Assembly (NCBI RefSeq): GCF_039654945.1 | Contig: NW_027361677.1 | Coordinates: 21,700,001 to 21,764,000 of the forward strand | Source of the DNA: Dendrobates tinctorius | Taxonomy: Eukaryota | Reading direction: 5' to 3' | Length of the DNA stretch: 64,000 nucleotides | In this document: positions 49,801 through 64,000 of the stretch, one piece after another | Layout: each line of letters begins with the position of its first letter | How positions within the stretch are numbered: position 1 is the stretch's first letter | The notes under the pieces: generated by a model | The model's database searches: none | What the model was told of the DNA's origin: nothing | What the model saw: only the letters and a program-made list of their open reading frames with translations | Made by a program: the position numbers and the translations under genes

Positions 49801-52711
49801 GAGCAGCGCTCGCTGGGTGCTGGGAGTAGTAGTCGCCGGGTGACGGGAGCAGCGCTCGCTGGGTGCTGGGAGTAGTAGTCGCCGGGTGACGGGAGCAGCG
49901 CTCGCCGGGAGTAGTAGTCGCTGGGTGACGGGAGCAGCGCTCGCTGGGTGCTGGGAGTAGTAGTCGCTGGGTGACGGGAGCAGCGCTCGCCGGGTGCTGG
50001 GAGTAGTAGTCGCTGGGTGACGGGAGCAGCGCTCGCCGGGTGCTGGGAGTAGTAGTCGCTGGGTGACGGGAGCAGCGCTCGCCGGGTGCTGGGAGTAGTA
50101 GTCGCTGGGTGACGGGAGCAGCGCTCGCCGGGTGCTGGGAGTAGTGGCCGCCAGGTGACGGGAGCAGTGCTCGCCGGGTGTTGGGAGTAGTAGTCGCCGG
50201 GTGACGGGAGCAGCAGTCGCCGGGTGACGGGAACAGCGCTCGCCGGGAGTAGTAGTCGCTGGGTGACGGGCGTAGTGACGGCAGGGTGCTGGGAGCAGCG
50301 GCCGCCGGGTGACGGGAGCAGCGGGTGACGGGAGCAGCGGGTGACGGGAGCAGCGGGTGACGGGAGCAGTGGTCGCCGGGTGACGGGAGCAGTGGTCGCC
50401 GGGTGACGGGAGCAGTGGTCGCCGGGTGACGGGAGCAGTGGTCGCCGGGTGACGGGAGCAGTGACGGCAGGGTGCTGGGAGTAGTAGTCGCCGGGTGACG
50501 GGAGCAGCGCTCGCCGGGAGTAGTAGTCGCTGGGTGACGGGCGTAGTGACGGCATGGTGACGGGTGCAGCAGTCGCTGGGTGCTGGGAGTAGCGGCCGCC
50601 GGGTGACGGGAGTAGTAGTCGCCGGGTGACGGGAGCAGTGCTCGCTGGGTGATGGGAGTAGTAGTCGCCGGGTGACGGGAGCAGTGCTCGCCGGGTGACG
50701 GGAGCAGTAGTCGCCGGGTGACGGGAGCAGTGGTCGCCGGGTGACGGGAGCAGTGGTCGCCGGGTGACGGGAGCAGTGGTCGCCGGGTGACGGGAGCAGT
50801 GGTCGCCGGGTGACGGGAGCAGTGGTCGCCGGGTGACGGGAGCAGTGGTCGCCGGGTGACGGGAGCAGTAGTCGCCGGGTGACGGGAGCAGCAGTCGCTG
50901 GGTGACGGGAGCAGCAGTCGCTGGGTGCTGGGAGTAGTAGTCGCTGGGTGACGGGAGCAGCGCTCGCCGGGAGTAGTAGTCGCTGGGTGACGGGAGCAGT
51001 GCTCGCTGGGTGCTGGGAGTAGTAGTCGCTGGGTGACGGGAGCAGCGCTCGCCGGGTGCTGGGAGTAGTAGTCGCTGGGTGACGGGAGCAGCGCTCGCCG
51101 GGTGCTGGGAGTAGTAGTCGCTGGGTGACGGGAGCAGCGCTCGCCGGGTGCTGGGAGTAGTAGTCGCTGGGTGACGGGAGCAGCGCTCGCTGGGTGCTGG
51201 GAGTAGTAGTCGCCGGGTGACGGGAGCAGCGCTCGCCGGGAGTAGTAGTCGCTGGGTGACGGGAGCAGTGCTCGCTGGGTGCTGGGAGTAGTAGTCGCTG
51301 GGTGACGGGAGCAGCGCTCGCCGGGTGCTGGGAGTAGTAGTCGCTGGGTGACGGGAGCAGCGCTCGCCGGGTGCTGGGAGTAGTAGTCGCTGGGTGACGG
51401 GAGCAGTGGTCGCCGGGTGACGGGAGCAGTGACGGCAGGGTGCTGGGAGTAGTAGTCGCCGGGTGACGGGAGCAGTGACGGCAGGGTGCTGGGAGTAGTA
51501 GTCGCCGGGTGACGGGAGCAGCGCTCGCCGGGAGTAGTAGTCGCTGGGTGACGGGAGCAGTGCTCGCTGGGTGCTGGGAGTAGTAGTCGCCGGGTGACGG
51601 GAGCAGTGCTCGCTGGGTGACGGGAGCATTAGTCGCTGGGTGACAGGAGCAGCGCTCGCTGGGTGCTGGGAGTAGTAGTCGCTGGGTGACGGGAGCAGCG
51701 CTCGCCGGGTGCTGGGAGTAGTAGTCGCTGGGTGACGGGAGCAGCGCTCGCCGGGTGACGGGAGTAGTAGTCGCCGGGTGACGGGAGTAGTAGTCGCCGG
51801 GTGACGGGAGTAGTAGTCGCCGGGTGACGGGAGTAGTAGTCGCCGGGTGACGGGAGTAGTGGCCGCCGGGTGACGGGAACAGTAGTCGCCGGGTGACGGG
51901 AGTAGCGGCCGCCGGGAGTAGCGGCCGCCGGGTGACGGGAGTAGCGGCCGCCGGGTGACGGGAGTAGCGGCCGCCGGGTGACGGGAACAGCGGCCGCCGG
52001 GTGACGGGAACAGCGGCCGCCGGGTGACGGGAACAGCGGCCGCCGGGTGACGGGAACAGCGGCCGCCGGGTGACGGTGACGGGAGTAGCGGTCGCCGGGT
52101 GACGGGAGTAGCGGTCGCCGGGTGACGGGAGTAGCGGCCGCCGGGTGACGGGAGTAGCGGCCGCCGGGTGACGGGAGTAGCGGCCGCCGGGTGACGGGAG
52201 TAGCGGCCGCCGGGTGACGGGAGTAGCAGTCGCCGGGTGACGGGAGTAGCAGTCGCCGGGTGACGGGAGTAGTAGTCGCCGGATGACGGGAGTAGTAGTC
52301 GCCGGGTGACGGGAGTAGTAGTCGCCGGGTGACGGGAGCAGTAGTCGCCGGGTGACGGGAGTAGTAGTCGCTGGGTGACCTGCAGCTTTCCTGGAGGCCG
52401 GGCAGTTTGCTCAGCAGCCGGGACACGTTGTCCTCCACTTGACTGAAGTCCCGGTAGATGAGCTCGGTGCACTCCGCTGTGCGGATGAACGTCTTGTAGT
52501 GAGTGAACGCCAGGTCCCGGGTCTGCTGCAGGATCTGCGCCCGCTCCTCCGCCAGCCTCTCCGGCTCCCTCCGCAGCTTCTCCACCCCGAAGGAGCTGAG
52601 CTCCAGCAGATAAGCGGCGAAATCCGGGCTGTCCCTCCAGCTCTCCGGAAAGCTGTTCCTGAACACCGAGGCCAGGAGGCTCTCATCTTCCTCCACGTCC
52701 ACCGCCGCCAT
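43848..52711 (-). CDS. COG8: Conserved oligomeric Golgi complex subunit 8 (Dor1 family), 5 exons, 591 aa
   Basis: Exons 52711-52380, 46733-46526, 46413-45580, 45304-45136, 44080-43848; 1776 nt, in frame. Motifs EPERLAEERAQI, LEILEIPQLMDTCVRN, CMYFGLSFSRVGADFR. Confidence 0.96.
44165..44800. repeat. 81/86 bp satellite, ~7.5 copies, COG8 intron 4
   Basis: Unit TGATCCTGAGTTACATCCTGTATTATACTCCAGAGCTGTAGTCACTATTCTGTTGATGCAGTCACTGTGTACATACATTAC. Confidence 0.95.
47060..52379. repeat. 23-bp CpG-rich minisatellite, ~5.3 kb, filling COG8 intron 1
   Basis: Unit CGGGTGACGGGAGCAGTAGTCGC with variant blocks. The 23-aa periodicity of the translations equals three units. Confidence 0.97.
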
Positions 52712-52954
52712 CCTGCTGGAGGGAGACACTGCTTCAACAAAACTTTATCAAATGTGACGTCTACCTTTGTCGCTGGCAAGAAGAAAAACGCACTGATTGG
52801 TTGGTTGCACCGTGACGGTAAAAAAAAAAAAATTGTCGCCATGTTGGTGGAGGCATTGAAACTCGTCAACAATCTTTATTGAAAATGAACAGTCCTTTCC
52901 CAGAGTTCATTGCGAGGCTTCTCTTAGTATCCGCCTGGGTCACACGTGGGAAAG
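52712..52954. promoter_or_regulatory. COG8/NIP7 bidirectional promoter
   Basis: 243 bp between divergent ATGs. CRE-like TGACGT (~52755), inverted CCAAT boxes (~52796), YY1-like CGCCATGTT (~52837). Confidence 0.85.
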
Positions 52955-55900
52955 ATGCGGCCGCTGACTGACGAGGAGACCAAGACCATGTTCGAGAAGC
53001 TCTCCAAATAGTGAGTGCCGGGGCCACTCCGCGGGACGGGGGTTTCCACTCTCTTCATACACCTCTGCTTGCTGGCAGTGAACACAGACGGTTTGTGTGT
53101 TTTTTACGTTCGGTGACAGCAAGCAGAGACTTGGAAAATGAGGAGCAGCAATGGCGGACAGCTGACAGGATCATTATTGTGTACAAAGTGATGATGTGGC
53201 GTAACTTTACCATTGGAGGGGTCTGACCGCCGAGATCACCGCGGATCCTGACAACTAACGTGGCTCCGCTGCCGTGTCTGAATGGAGCTGAGGCGCGGTG
53301 GGCTCGACCTTCTCGCATTTAGAATTTTTCTATTTAGAGCATTTAGAACATTTCTATTTTATTTTTTTAGAGCAAAAAATTGCAAAATTTACATCCAAAA
53401 AAAAAGTTTGTCTTACATAAAAAAGTCTCCGGGGAAGGAGGGACCGCAGTGCTACATCTGCACAAACATTTACTTCTTCTCTTTTCTGTATTATTATTTT
53501 AAAAGTTGTGATTGATGGGAACAAATATCTAGAAAACAACAACCATGACCCCAATGACAATTGTGAACCCCCCCATAAAAATAGACTTAAGGCACAATTT
53601 TAAAGGGATTTGGTGCAGATTAAAAACTAAAGAAAGAAGAGTGTAAATATCATAATGGATCAGGGCTAACGTTTAAGGGACTGGAGGAGAAAGTGGAGCT
53701 CTGAGCTGTTTCCAGCCATCCCGTACATAGTCAATGAATGGCGCAGAGGTCGAGCCTGTGCACCTCTACTTAATTCAAGGCGGGGACCTCTTATGATCAG
53801 CAGGATATCCCTTGCCCTTTGGATTATTTATTTCTACAGTAACATTGATTCCATGGTGCTGTACATGAGAAGGGGAGTTACATACAAATTACAGATATCA
53901 CTTACAGTAAGCAAACTAACAATCACAGACTGATACAGAGGGGAGAGGACCCTGCCCTTGCGGGTTAACATTCTACAGGATGGTATTGAAGGAGATAGTA
54001 GGTTGGGGGGTTGCGGGAGCTCTGGTGTTGGTGAGGTGGTAGCTCCTGTCGTGGTGAGAGGGCAGCGGGGTCATTGCAGGCTGTAAGCTTTCCTGAACAG
54101 GTGGGTTTTCAGGTTCCGTCTGAAGGATCCGAGTGTGGTTGATAGTCGGATGTGTTGGGGCAAAGTATTCCAGAGGATGGGGGATATTCGGGAGAAGACT
54201 TGGAGGCGGTTAGGTGAGGAGAGAATAAGTGTGGAGAAGAGAAGGAGGTCATGGGAGGACTGGAGATTACATGAGGGAAGATATCGGGAGATTAGCTCAG
54301 AGATATATGGAGGAGACAGGTTATAGATGGCCTTGTAGGTCAGTATTAGTAATTTGAACTGGATATGCTGAGGGAATGGGAGCTAGTGACGAGATTTGCA
54401 GAGGGGAGAAGCGGAGGAGTAGTGAGAGAAATGAATTAGTCGGGCAGCAGAGTTAAGGATGGACTGGAGAGGTGCGAGGGTGTTAGCAGGGAGTCCACAG
54501 AAAAGGATGTTGCAGTAGTCGAGGCGGGAGATGATGAGGGCATACACAATTTTAGCAGATTGAGGGTCTAGTAAAGGATGGATTCTGGAAATATTTTTGA
54601 GCTGGAGGCGACAGGAGGTGGAAAGAGCTTAGATGTGTTGTTTGAAGGACAGAACAGAGTCAAGGGTTACTCCTATGCAGCCGATTTCCGGTACGGAGGA
54701 AAGCGTGATGTCGTTAATTGTGATAGAATGGTCAGGTAAGGAAGATCTGTGAGATGGAGGAAAGATAATGAGTTCAAATTTGTCCACATTGAGCTTGAGG
54801 AAGCAAGAGGAGAAGGAGGATATGGCTGATAGACAGTCTTGGATTCTGGACAGCAGAGAGGTGATGTCTGGGCCAGAGAGGAAGATCTCAGTGTCATCAG
54901 CATACAGATAGTCCTGGAAGCCATGGCACTTTGTGTTGCCCCGGACCAAGTGTATAGATTGAGAAGAGTAGGGGTCCTAAAACAGAGCCTTGGGGGACTC
55001 CAACAGAGAGAGGGTGGGATGAGGAGGTGGTGTGGGAGACGCTGAATGTGCGGTTGGAAAGGTATGAGGAGATCCAGGATAGGGCGAGGTCTTTGATGCC
55101 AAACGAGAGGATCTGTAGTATGAGGCAGTAGTCAACTGTGTCGAAGGCAGAGGACGGGTCTAGAAGGAGGAGTATAGAGTATCATCTGTTGGCTTTGGTT
55201 GTAAGTAGGTCGTTAGTAATTTTGGTCAGGGCAGCCTCAGTGGAGTGATTGGGGCGGAAACCAGATTGTAGATTGTCATGGCAAGTTAGATGAGAAGTGG
55301 GAGGAAAGTTCAGCGTGGACGTGCTGCTCCAGGAGTTAGGAAGCGAATGGGAGCAGCAATATTGGACGATAGCTGGACATAGCGGTTGGGATGAGGGTTG
55401 GCTTTTTAAGGATAGGCGTGATTGTGGCTTGTTTGAAAGCAGCAGGGGAAGGTACCAGAAGTTAGTGATAGGTTGAGGAAATGGGTTAGGGATGGGATAA
55501 GAGTGGTGGTGAGGTTGGGGAGGAGATGGGATGGGGTCAAGTGGAGAGGTGTGATTTGGAGAGGAGACATTTAAGCACCCTTTCAGTGTTGTTGGATAGG
55601 GAGGTTATGGGGTTTGGGCATTGGTCTGGTATACGAAGGGGTTGTAGTTGTACAATGAAGACTTGCCTTGTTTGGTCAGTCTTACTTTTGAAGTGTGTGG
55701 CAAAGTCCTCAGCAGAGATGAGGGAAGTTGGAGGGGGCAGTGGTGGTCGGAGGAGGGAGTTAAGTGTTGAATACCTGTTTGGGGTTGTAAGATAGGGAAG
55801 ATACGAGGGTTGTGAAGTAGGCCTGTTTAGCAGAGGTGTGAGCTGATTTGAAAGCGAGTGTTGCGTTTAAGGTGGGTGACAGAAAAAGACTGAACGTCAG

Positions 55901-57793
55901 CAGGGTTGTAGCCCCATTGTTTTGGGGATTGGTGGAGACCCCCCAAAGGTCATAAAGTGATGGCATATCATAATGGTGGAAATTCCCCTTGGTGTAAAAC
56001 CCTTTGATTGTAAAGGTACTGTCACACTTAGCGATGTACTAGCGATCCCGACCAGCGATATGACGCGGTCAGGATCGCTGGTACATCACTAAGTGGTCAC
56101 TAGTGAGCTGCCACACAGGCAGATCTCACCAGCGACACAGCAGCGGTCGTTACTTACCTGTCAGACGAGGCGATCCTGACGTCCTCCTGCCTGCGTCCAC
56201 GCTCGTCTCCACAGCAGGAAGCTGACGACGAGAAGCGGCCCAGGACGTTCTCGCGCGATCAGCGATAACCAGCGGGGGAGCGGTCGGAGGTAAGTATCAG
56301 ACACCGCAATATCGCTAGCAATATCGCTATAACGTCACAAAGACCAGTGACGTTATAGCGATATTGCTAGCGATATCGCTTAGTGTTGACAGGCCCTTAA
56401 TGCTCTTTCCTCTATGACCGGTCAGATATGTTATCATTGAGATGATAGTGGTTGTAGTAGTGCTGATCTTGATGTCTTTGTAAATGGAATCATCCTCTTA
56501 CTTGATCCTTAGCATTGGAGAAAATATAAAGCTTCTCGTGGACCGACCTGATGGGACGTACTGCTTCCGGCTACACAATGACCGTGTGTATTATGTAAGG
56601 TGAGGTAACGGGGGGTCAAAACAAACTTGGACTTTCAGGGGTTATCCTAGGCCTGAGCTGATTGCCACTGATCTAATGACTGTTATGAGGGGGAGGTCTT
56701 GTCACGTTAGAGGGTTAACTAGCACACTGAGATGTTTATCTGCAGCCATTACTATAAGAGGGGCTGTGAATATAAAACGGGACAACTTGTAAAGTCTCCT
56801 TTAATTTTTTTTTAATAAGTGCAATTTTTTTTCTCAGCGAGAGAATGCTGAAACTGGCCACAAATGTCGCCCGAGATAAACTTGTGTCTCTTGGAACCTG
56901 TTTTGGAAAGTTCACCAAGACTCAGAAGTTTCGTCTTCACATTACGGCTCTGGATTACCTGGCGCCGTATGCAAAGGTGATTACGAAATCTCTAATGATT
57001 CGCTGAAACAAAAAGTGACGTACTCTCATCATCCTGCACTGCTGCATGTACCTGACACCTGTCTCTTTACCTCGTAGTACAAGGTGTGGGTGAAGCCTGG
57101 ATCCGAACAGTCTTTTTTATATGGCAACCACATTCTTAAATCCGGACTGGGGAGAATAACGGAGAACACCACACAGTACCAGGGAGTGATCGTCTACTCC
57201 ATGGCCGACGTTCCCTTGGTGAGTATTGCTGCTTCCACGTCATACTAAAAGGTGTTCACATCTAATATTGTGATTATCAGATCCCTTGGGCCAAATTCAG
57301 ACATCTGTATATCGGGGTCCATGAAAGAAGGAAAGGCCTTGGGGTCTCCTGACCCAAACTTTACAGTTTCAGATATGCCTATGAGCCTGTCAAGTTCAAG
57401 TCAGTCTGTATACTGTGGTCTATACCTGGAACGTATATCTGATTGCAGCCTTAGAATATACATTCATGTTATAATCATTGCAGGTTCTGACATTATGAAC
57501 CCCCTCAGTTCTCAGAATGAAGGGCCCCGCAACACTGATGTATGATGTGTGAAGTAACTATGCTATCCTTTCCTTGTCAGGATTGGTGGGGTCCCAACAC
57601 TAGGAAAAAAAAATCCGTTTTGTTAATTTAATCCCAGCTTTCTCTTATATCAGACCTGCTCGTTCCCTTGCAGGGTTTTGGTGTAGCTGCAAAGTCCACA
57701 CAAGAATGTAGGAAACTGGACCCCATGCAGATTGTCGTTTTCCACCAAGCCGACGTTGGAGAATACATCAGACATGAGGACACTTTGACCTAA
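52955..57793 (+). CDS. NIP7: 60S ribosome subunit biogenesis protein NIP7 (PUA domain), 5 exons, 180 aa
   Basis: Exons 52955-53010, 56513-56599, 56838-56976, 57078-57218, 57674-57793; 543 nt. [21 protein letters not shown] ... [22 protein letters not shown] at 57933. Confidence 0.97.
53824..55870 (-). mobile_element. Degenerate L2/CR1-group LINE in NIP7 intron 1
   Basis: [19 protein letters not shown]-type and LLDxSSAFDTV-type segments across frameshifts. 3' tail GAAATAAATAAT. Confidence 0.88.
56014..56397. mobile_element. Harbinger-type MITE
   Basis: TAA duplication. TIR AGGTACTGTCACACTTAGCGAT / ATCGCTTAGTGTTGACAGGCCCT. Confidence 0.85.
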
Positions 57794-58738
57794 ATCACGG
57801 AAAAGGAGAAAGACTTTACATGCCCCCTATAAACTACCGTCATGATGACCGGACTGGGGAGAACGTTATGTACAGGACTGAGGAAGACCCCTCCTTTGTG
57901 TACCCAGACCTAAAACCTTTAATCACCATCATATTAAACAGACTATCATTCGATCAGGTGAAATTATGTTGACTTTTGCTTTTTTATTGGAGTGAAAAAT
58001 GAAACAAGACACCAAGAGGATTTTCCACTGTCCCTTTATTATGAGCGCATTGTTTATAGCCTTTACAGGAAATATCCATTGTTCCACCATTTATATAATA
58101 TTCTACCTAAGGGTTAATTCACACTACCGTAAAATGACCATATTTTTCTCATCCGTATAATAGCCAATCAACGGCTCTCCTGATCCAGACGAACTGCCTC
58201 ATAGGCGTATATAATGTTGTTAGCTTGGGTCAGAAATTGCTGCTAAATTACCGTAGGCCTAAAAAGTTGTGACTTGATTGTTAGCCTGTTTATACTTATG
58301 AGCTTCATTCACAATTCTGCTGGTTGGTTGCGAAAACAGTCGTCAGGCTGTTGACAGACGCTCCCATAATGTGGTGGGATGGTTTATCCTACATGTGATT
58401 ACTGATCCAAAGACAACACTTCCTAGAATGCAAGTTCCGTGCATGCACCGAGCAAGCAGGGAGTGCTGGAGGATTTCTGCTCTGAAGCCAACACAATTAT
58501 GAATGCATAAAGTGTAGATTTTGTAAGGGGGCACCCTGAAAATATTTGTTTTTTTTTTTTGTTTTTTTTTTTTTTTATCTCGCTTATATAAAGGTGTGGG
58601 AAGGACAAATTTAGCCACGTATAAAACTTATATAATGGTTACAAAATGGTAATAAGACTGGCGTTACTGAATCTCACTCCCTCCATCGATATGTGAAGTT
58701 TCCTTCCTGAGACGCTTCGGTCCTTGGACGGCACATCC

Positions 58739-60843
<2,105 letters not shown>

Positions 60844-62239
60844 TCAGCAATCATTAACCTGTCCTGCCCACAGCCCGGCTACGATAAGGTACGGAGGCCG
60901 ACAGCCCGAGAGACATCAGCTCGTACCACGGAGGGTCCAAGCAAAAAACCTGCATCAGTCTTATAAAGGAAAAGCAAAAGAGCACAAATGAGCGACTCCT
61001 GAAAAATAAATTCTGGAACTTTATTCATCAACACAAAACTAGAAAATATTTTACACACAACTAGAAAAGATAAAACTTCTGACAACAGGGGTGATCCGGT
61101 GACATATTAACGATCGGTGGACATCTGACACCCACCACACTCAACGATCGGTGTGTAATGGCCGCTGCCAGGTGCTGCAGAGCACCTCCTTTCTGCAGCA
61201 CCTGCGGCCTACCAGGGCTTGTAACAGATGAATGTTGGAGAAGTCGGATCCTTATCGATCTACTATTTATGACCTATGCATAGATCATCAGTATGGGTGT
61301 AATCAGACCACTTAAAATGTTAGGGATGTTTTCAATCCTGTCTTACGTAAATGCATGTATTTAGGCGAACATAAAATTGTACAGTTTGTCTTCTATGACC
61401 TGTGTTTCACTGTTTATTGCTCACTGACGGATGAGTTAACTAAGAAACTGTTAGTGAGCTCTTCTGGATGGGAGAGTTTAACTCCTTAATGTTCCTCCTG
61501 TCAGCTGATTTATGACCATAAAAATCAGATCAACTGTCTTGGGGTCATAAATCAGCTGAAAAGGAGGAAGAGGAGTCTAGGTACACACTTTATCTGTGCA
61601 CATGGCCCACAGTATACGTCAGGAGCTTTTCCCATTTACCAGCCGTTATTTTGGCCTCTGGTAGATAAGCGCTTGTACACCGTGCATAGAGAAGTGCACA
61701 ATACTGTGCCATCCTATACAGAGCACCACTGCAAAAAAGGCGTAAAACATGCAGTATACTTTGTTTTAGAGCGTCCCAATGATGGACAGATGTTTACACA
61801 TCCATCCAAGACTGTCGGGCACAGCTCCTGACATGCGCCGATGAAACGTGTAGCTATCTTAAATCAAAGAGCTCCCTGATGGATTCTCAGTTCACTCATT
61901 CTACAGTAAACCAATTGCAAAAAAAATTTCAGCCAAAAATACATGTATTTAATGTGTTAAAATGTCATTCCACCAGGAGGAGCAGAATGAGGCTTTACAG
62001 CTTTATTAGAGAGGGGAGCGGGGTATAACAAAACGTGGTATGGACAGAGCAACGCGGCCAACGGTGACCCCTCAGACGGTCAGGGTAGAGAGAAGCATGG
62101 GTCCAGGGACTTGTAAGGCTCCTCTATCATCATGGCACGTGACGTGGACGGCGGCTCCGGATGATACAGACGTGTGTCCTGCACACAGTGACCAGTCTCC
62201 CAGAGACGATATATGGTGGATATTTAAAGGGGACCGCCT

Positions 62240-63709
62240 TCACAGCAGAGACAGCTTCTTCATCGTCCTCCACCGGTCCTTTATCATGCACGGCGTGCGG
62301 TCCTTGAACGGATACTTTTTCAGGATTTGCACCCACTTGCCTTCGCCAAATTTTTTGACGCCCGACCGGATCCATTCAGACTCTTCTACTGACCATTTCT
62401 GAACAAAAAAAGAAAAAAAGTCAGCGCATGCTGGGAGTTGTAGTTCTGCAGGAGGCCGACCCCTATAGTATCCAGCTCGCACCACTAGCTGACCCTGGGC
62501 AATACCAAGCTGTAATGTGGGAGTGGTCACATGACCGCCCGATCAATGACGATCCGGACCTCGCACACTGCGTGTTCCGGGACTCTCAGAGAGGGACGAT
62601 GGGTGAGAGAGGCATTCTGTTCTTTCAGTTGATTGTCTTTTTGGATACTCACTGTTGATGCCAGGCAGCTATTTAGTGGGAATTCTCTTCCCTTTGTTCG
62701 CACTAGATGATTGACTTTCTTAGGTTACATTGAGACATTTGCACTTCAGGCTGCAGTGATTTTGTTTCTCCCACCTCTGTATGTATCTACGGCCCGCTCT
62801 ACATGGTTCCTTCACCTGAATCTTGTATTGCATGTTTTCATGAAACTTTCTGTGATGTCTTTTATATCTGAATAAAATGTTGATTTTTTTTTTATTTTAT
62901 CTACATTTTTTCTTGTTTTCTTGGGTCTACACTCTGGTATTTTGTTTACTACTAGTCAGTGAGTGTTCCAAATTGGAATTTTCCTTGGTCCCTTTATGAC
63001 TTTATTAGAGGACCGATTACGAGACAGTGATGATGTACTCTGTTCTAAATATATTTTTATATATATATATATATATATGATTCGCCAATCTGCAGTTACA
63101 TGGGGCCACTGCACAACTTTTGCTCCCTTTAACCCCTTCACCTCCGGGACCATTTTTAGTTTTTTCTCCCCTTCTTCCAAGAGCCATAACATTTATATTT
63201 TTCCATCCTCATAGCCGTACGAGGGCTTGTTTTTTGTAGAACAAGTTGTACTCTTGAATGACACCAATCATTTTCTCATTTTTGCACTGCAAAGCTGGAA
63301 AAAAATTTCCAACTGCGTTGAAATTGCAAAAAAAAAAAAAAATTTAAACTTTTTTCCCACTTTTTACTGTAATTAACAAACCCTTTAAGGGACGTGAAGC
63401 TGCGATCATCTGATCGCAGGCAGAAATCACAATCTATGAACGTCTGCTACAGGCTGGCTTTCACAGGAGGCTTGTAATGACAAGTATGGGGGCATCGGCA
63501 GACCTGCGTCATGTCAGTAAGGAGTTAAAAGAAGTCGCTTTATGAGGCCGTTAGATCACGAATCCCTTTAAGTGTTCCATATGCAATCTCCTATCATAAG
63601 TGCACACATCATATTTTACATCCAGCGGCATATCCTAGACACAAGGGAGACCCCCGCGGCAGCCATCTTACCTTCTTTTTAGCAGTGCCGACTCGAGAGT
63701 CTGAAGATC
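62240..63709 (-). CDS. TERF2: Telomeric repeat-binding factor 2, last two exons (Myb/telobox domain); gene continues beyond the window
   Basis: Exons 63709-63672 and 62398-62240: [46 protein letters not shown] on minus at 62002-07. Position next to TMED6 supports TERF2 over TERF1. Confidence 0.9.
63133..63524. mobile_element. Short TTAA-flanked relative of the 7537-10640 element
   Basis: TTAA-CCCCTTCACC ... GTAAGGAG-TTAA. Internal similarity to 4725-4810. Confidence 0.7.
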
Positions 63710-64000
63710 CTGAAAAAAAAAAAGAAAAGTTTCTCACTGGTGAAGGAGGAAAAATTTCCTGTAAAGTTTACTGGAGCCGCTGCTTACTTAAAGGGGTTGT
63801 CCACACGATATAAAGTTTACTAAGCAAAGATCGTTTGTGCTATATACAGCATTGCAGCCCGGCCGGACCCATTGCTGCACCACCTATAACCAGTGCTGTG
63901 CTGGTCAGGCATTGGGGCATCATACATTACCTGGGGGGGCGTTTAACCTCACCATGTCCCAAATCTCCTGCCGGACCCTCTAGCAGTAGAAGCCCTCCTT

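Noticed and set aside
46957-52472. 870 and 1158 aa ORFs as independent genes
   Set aside because: Products of the 23-bp intronic repeat, with no domain or independent gene structure.
63931-64000. Possible further TERF2 exon (donor CAG|GTAATG)
   Set aside because: The required phase hits a stop within 17 codons, and the region follows a TTAAAGGGGTTGTCC MITE-like terminus at ~63789.

Overview
Vertebrate genomic DNA, most likely a frog (inferred from the repeat families). It is syntenic with the human 16q22.1 block VPS4A(+), PDF(-), COG8(-), NIP7(+), TMED6(-), TERF2(-, last two exons only). I reconstructed the five complete genes exon by exon. All have GT-AG introns and open frames (436, 236, 591, 180 and 236 aa). 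The first ~11 kb is a nested transposon cluster. It holds an uninterrupted Penelope-like (RT + GIY-YIG) ORF followed by a well-formed type I hammerhead ribozyme, two inverted copies of a TTAA-type element bracketing a dead Tc1, and a hATm-like fragment. Introns and intergenic DNA hold L2 LINE remnants, Tc1/Tc2, hAT and Harbinger MITEs, a solo LTR and several minisatellites; the minisatellites account for the very long low-complexity ORFs. Most notable: (1) the hammerhead ribozyme plus three decayed hammerhead-like relics in VPS4A introns; (2) a 5.3-kb, 23-bp CpG-rich array that starts exactly at the COG8 intron-1 splice donor and is almost stop-free on the sense strand; (3) overlapping uORFs at the VPS4A and PDF starts, and a phase-compatible COG8-PDF splice. 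I do not see a wholly new multi-gene system. The novelty here is in RNA motifs, repeats and regulation.
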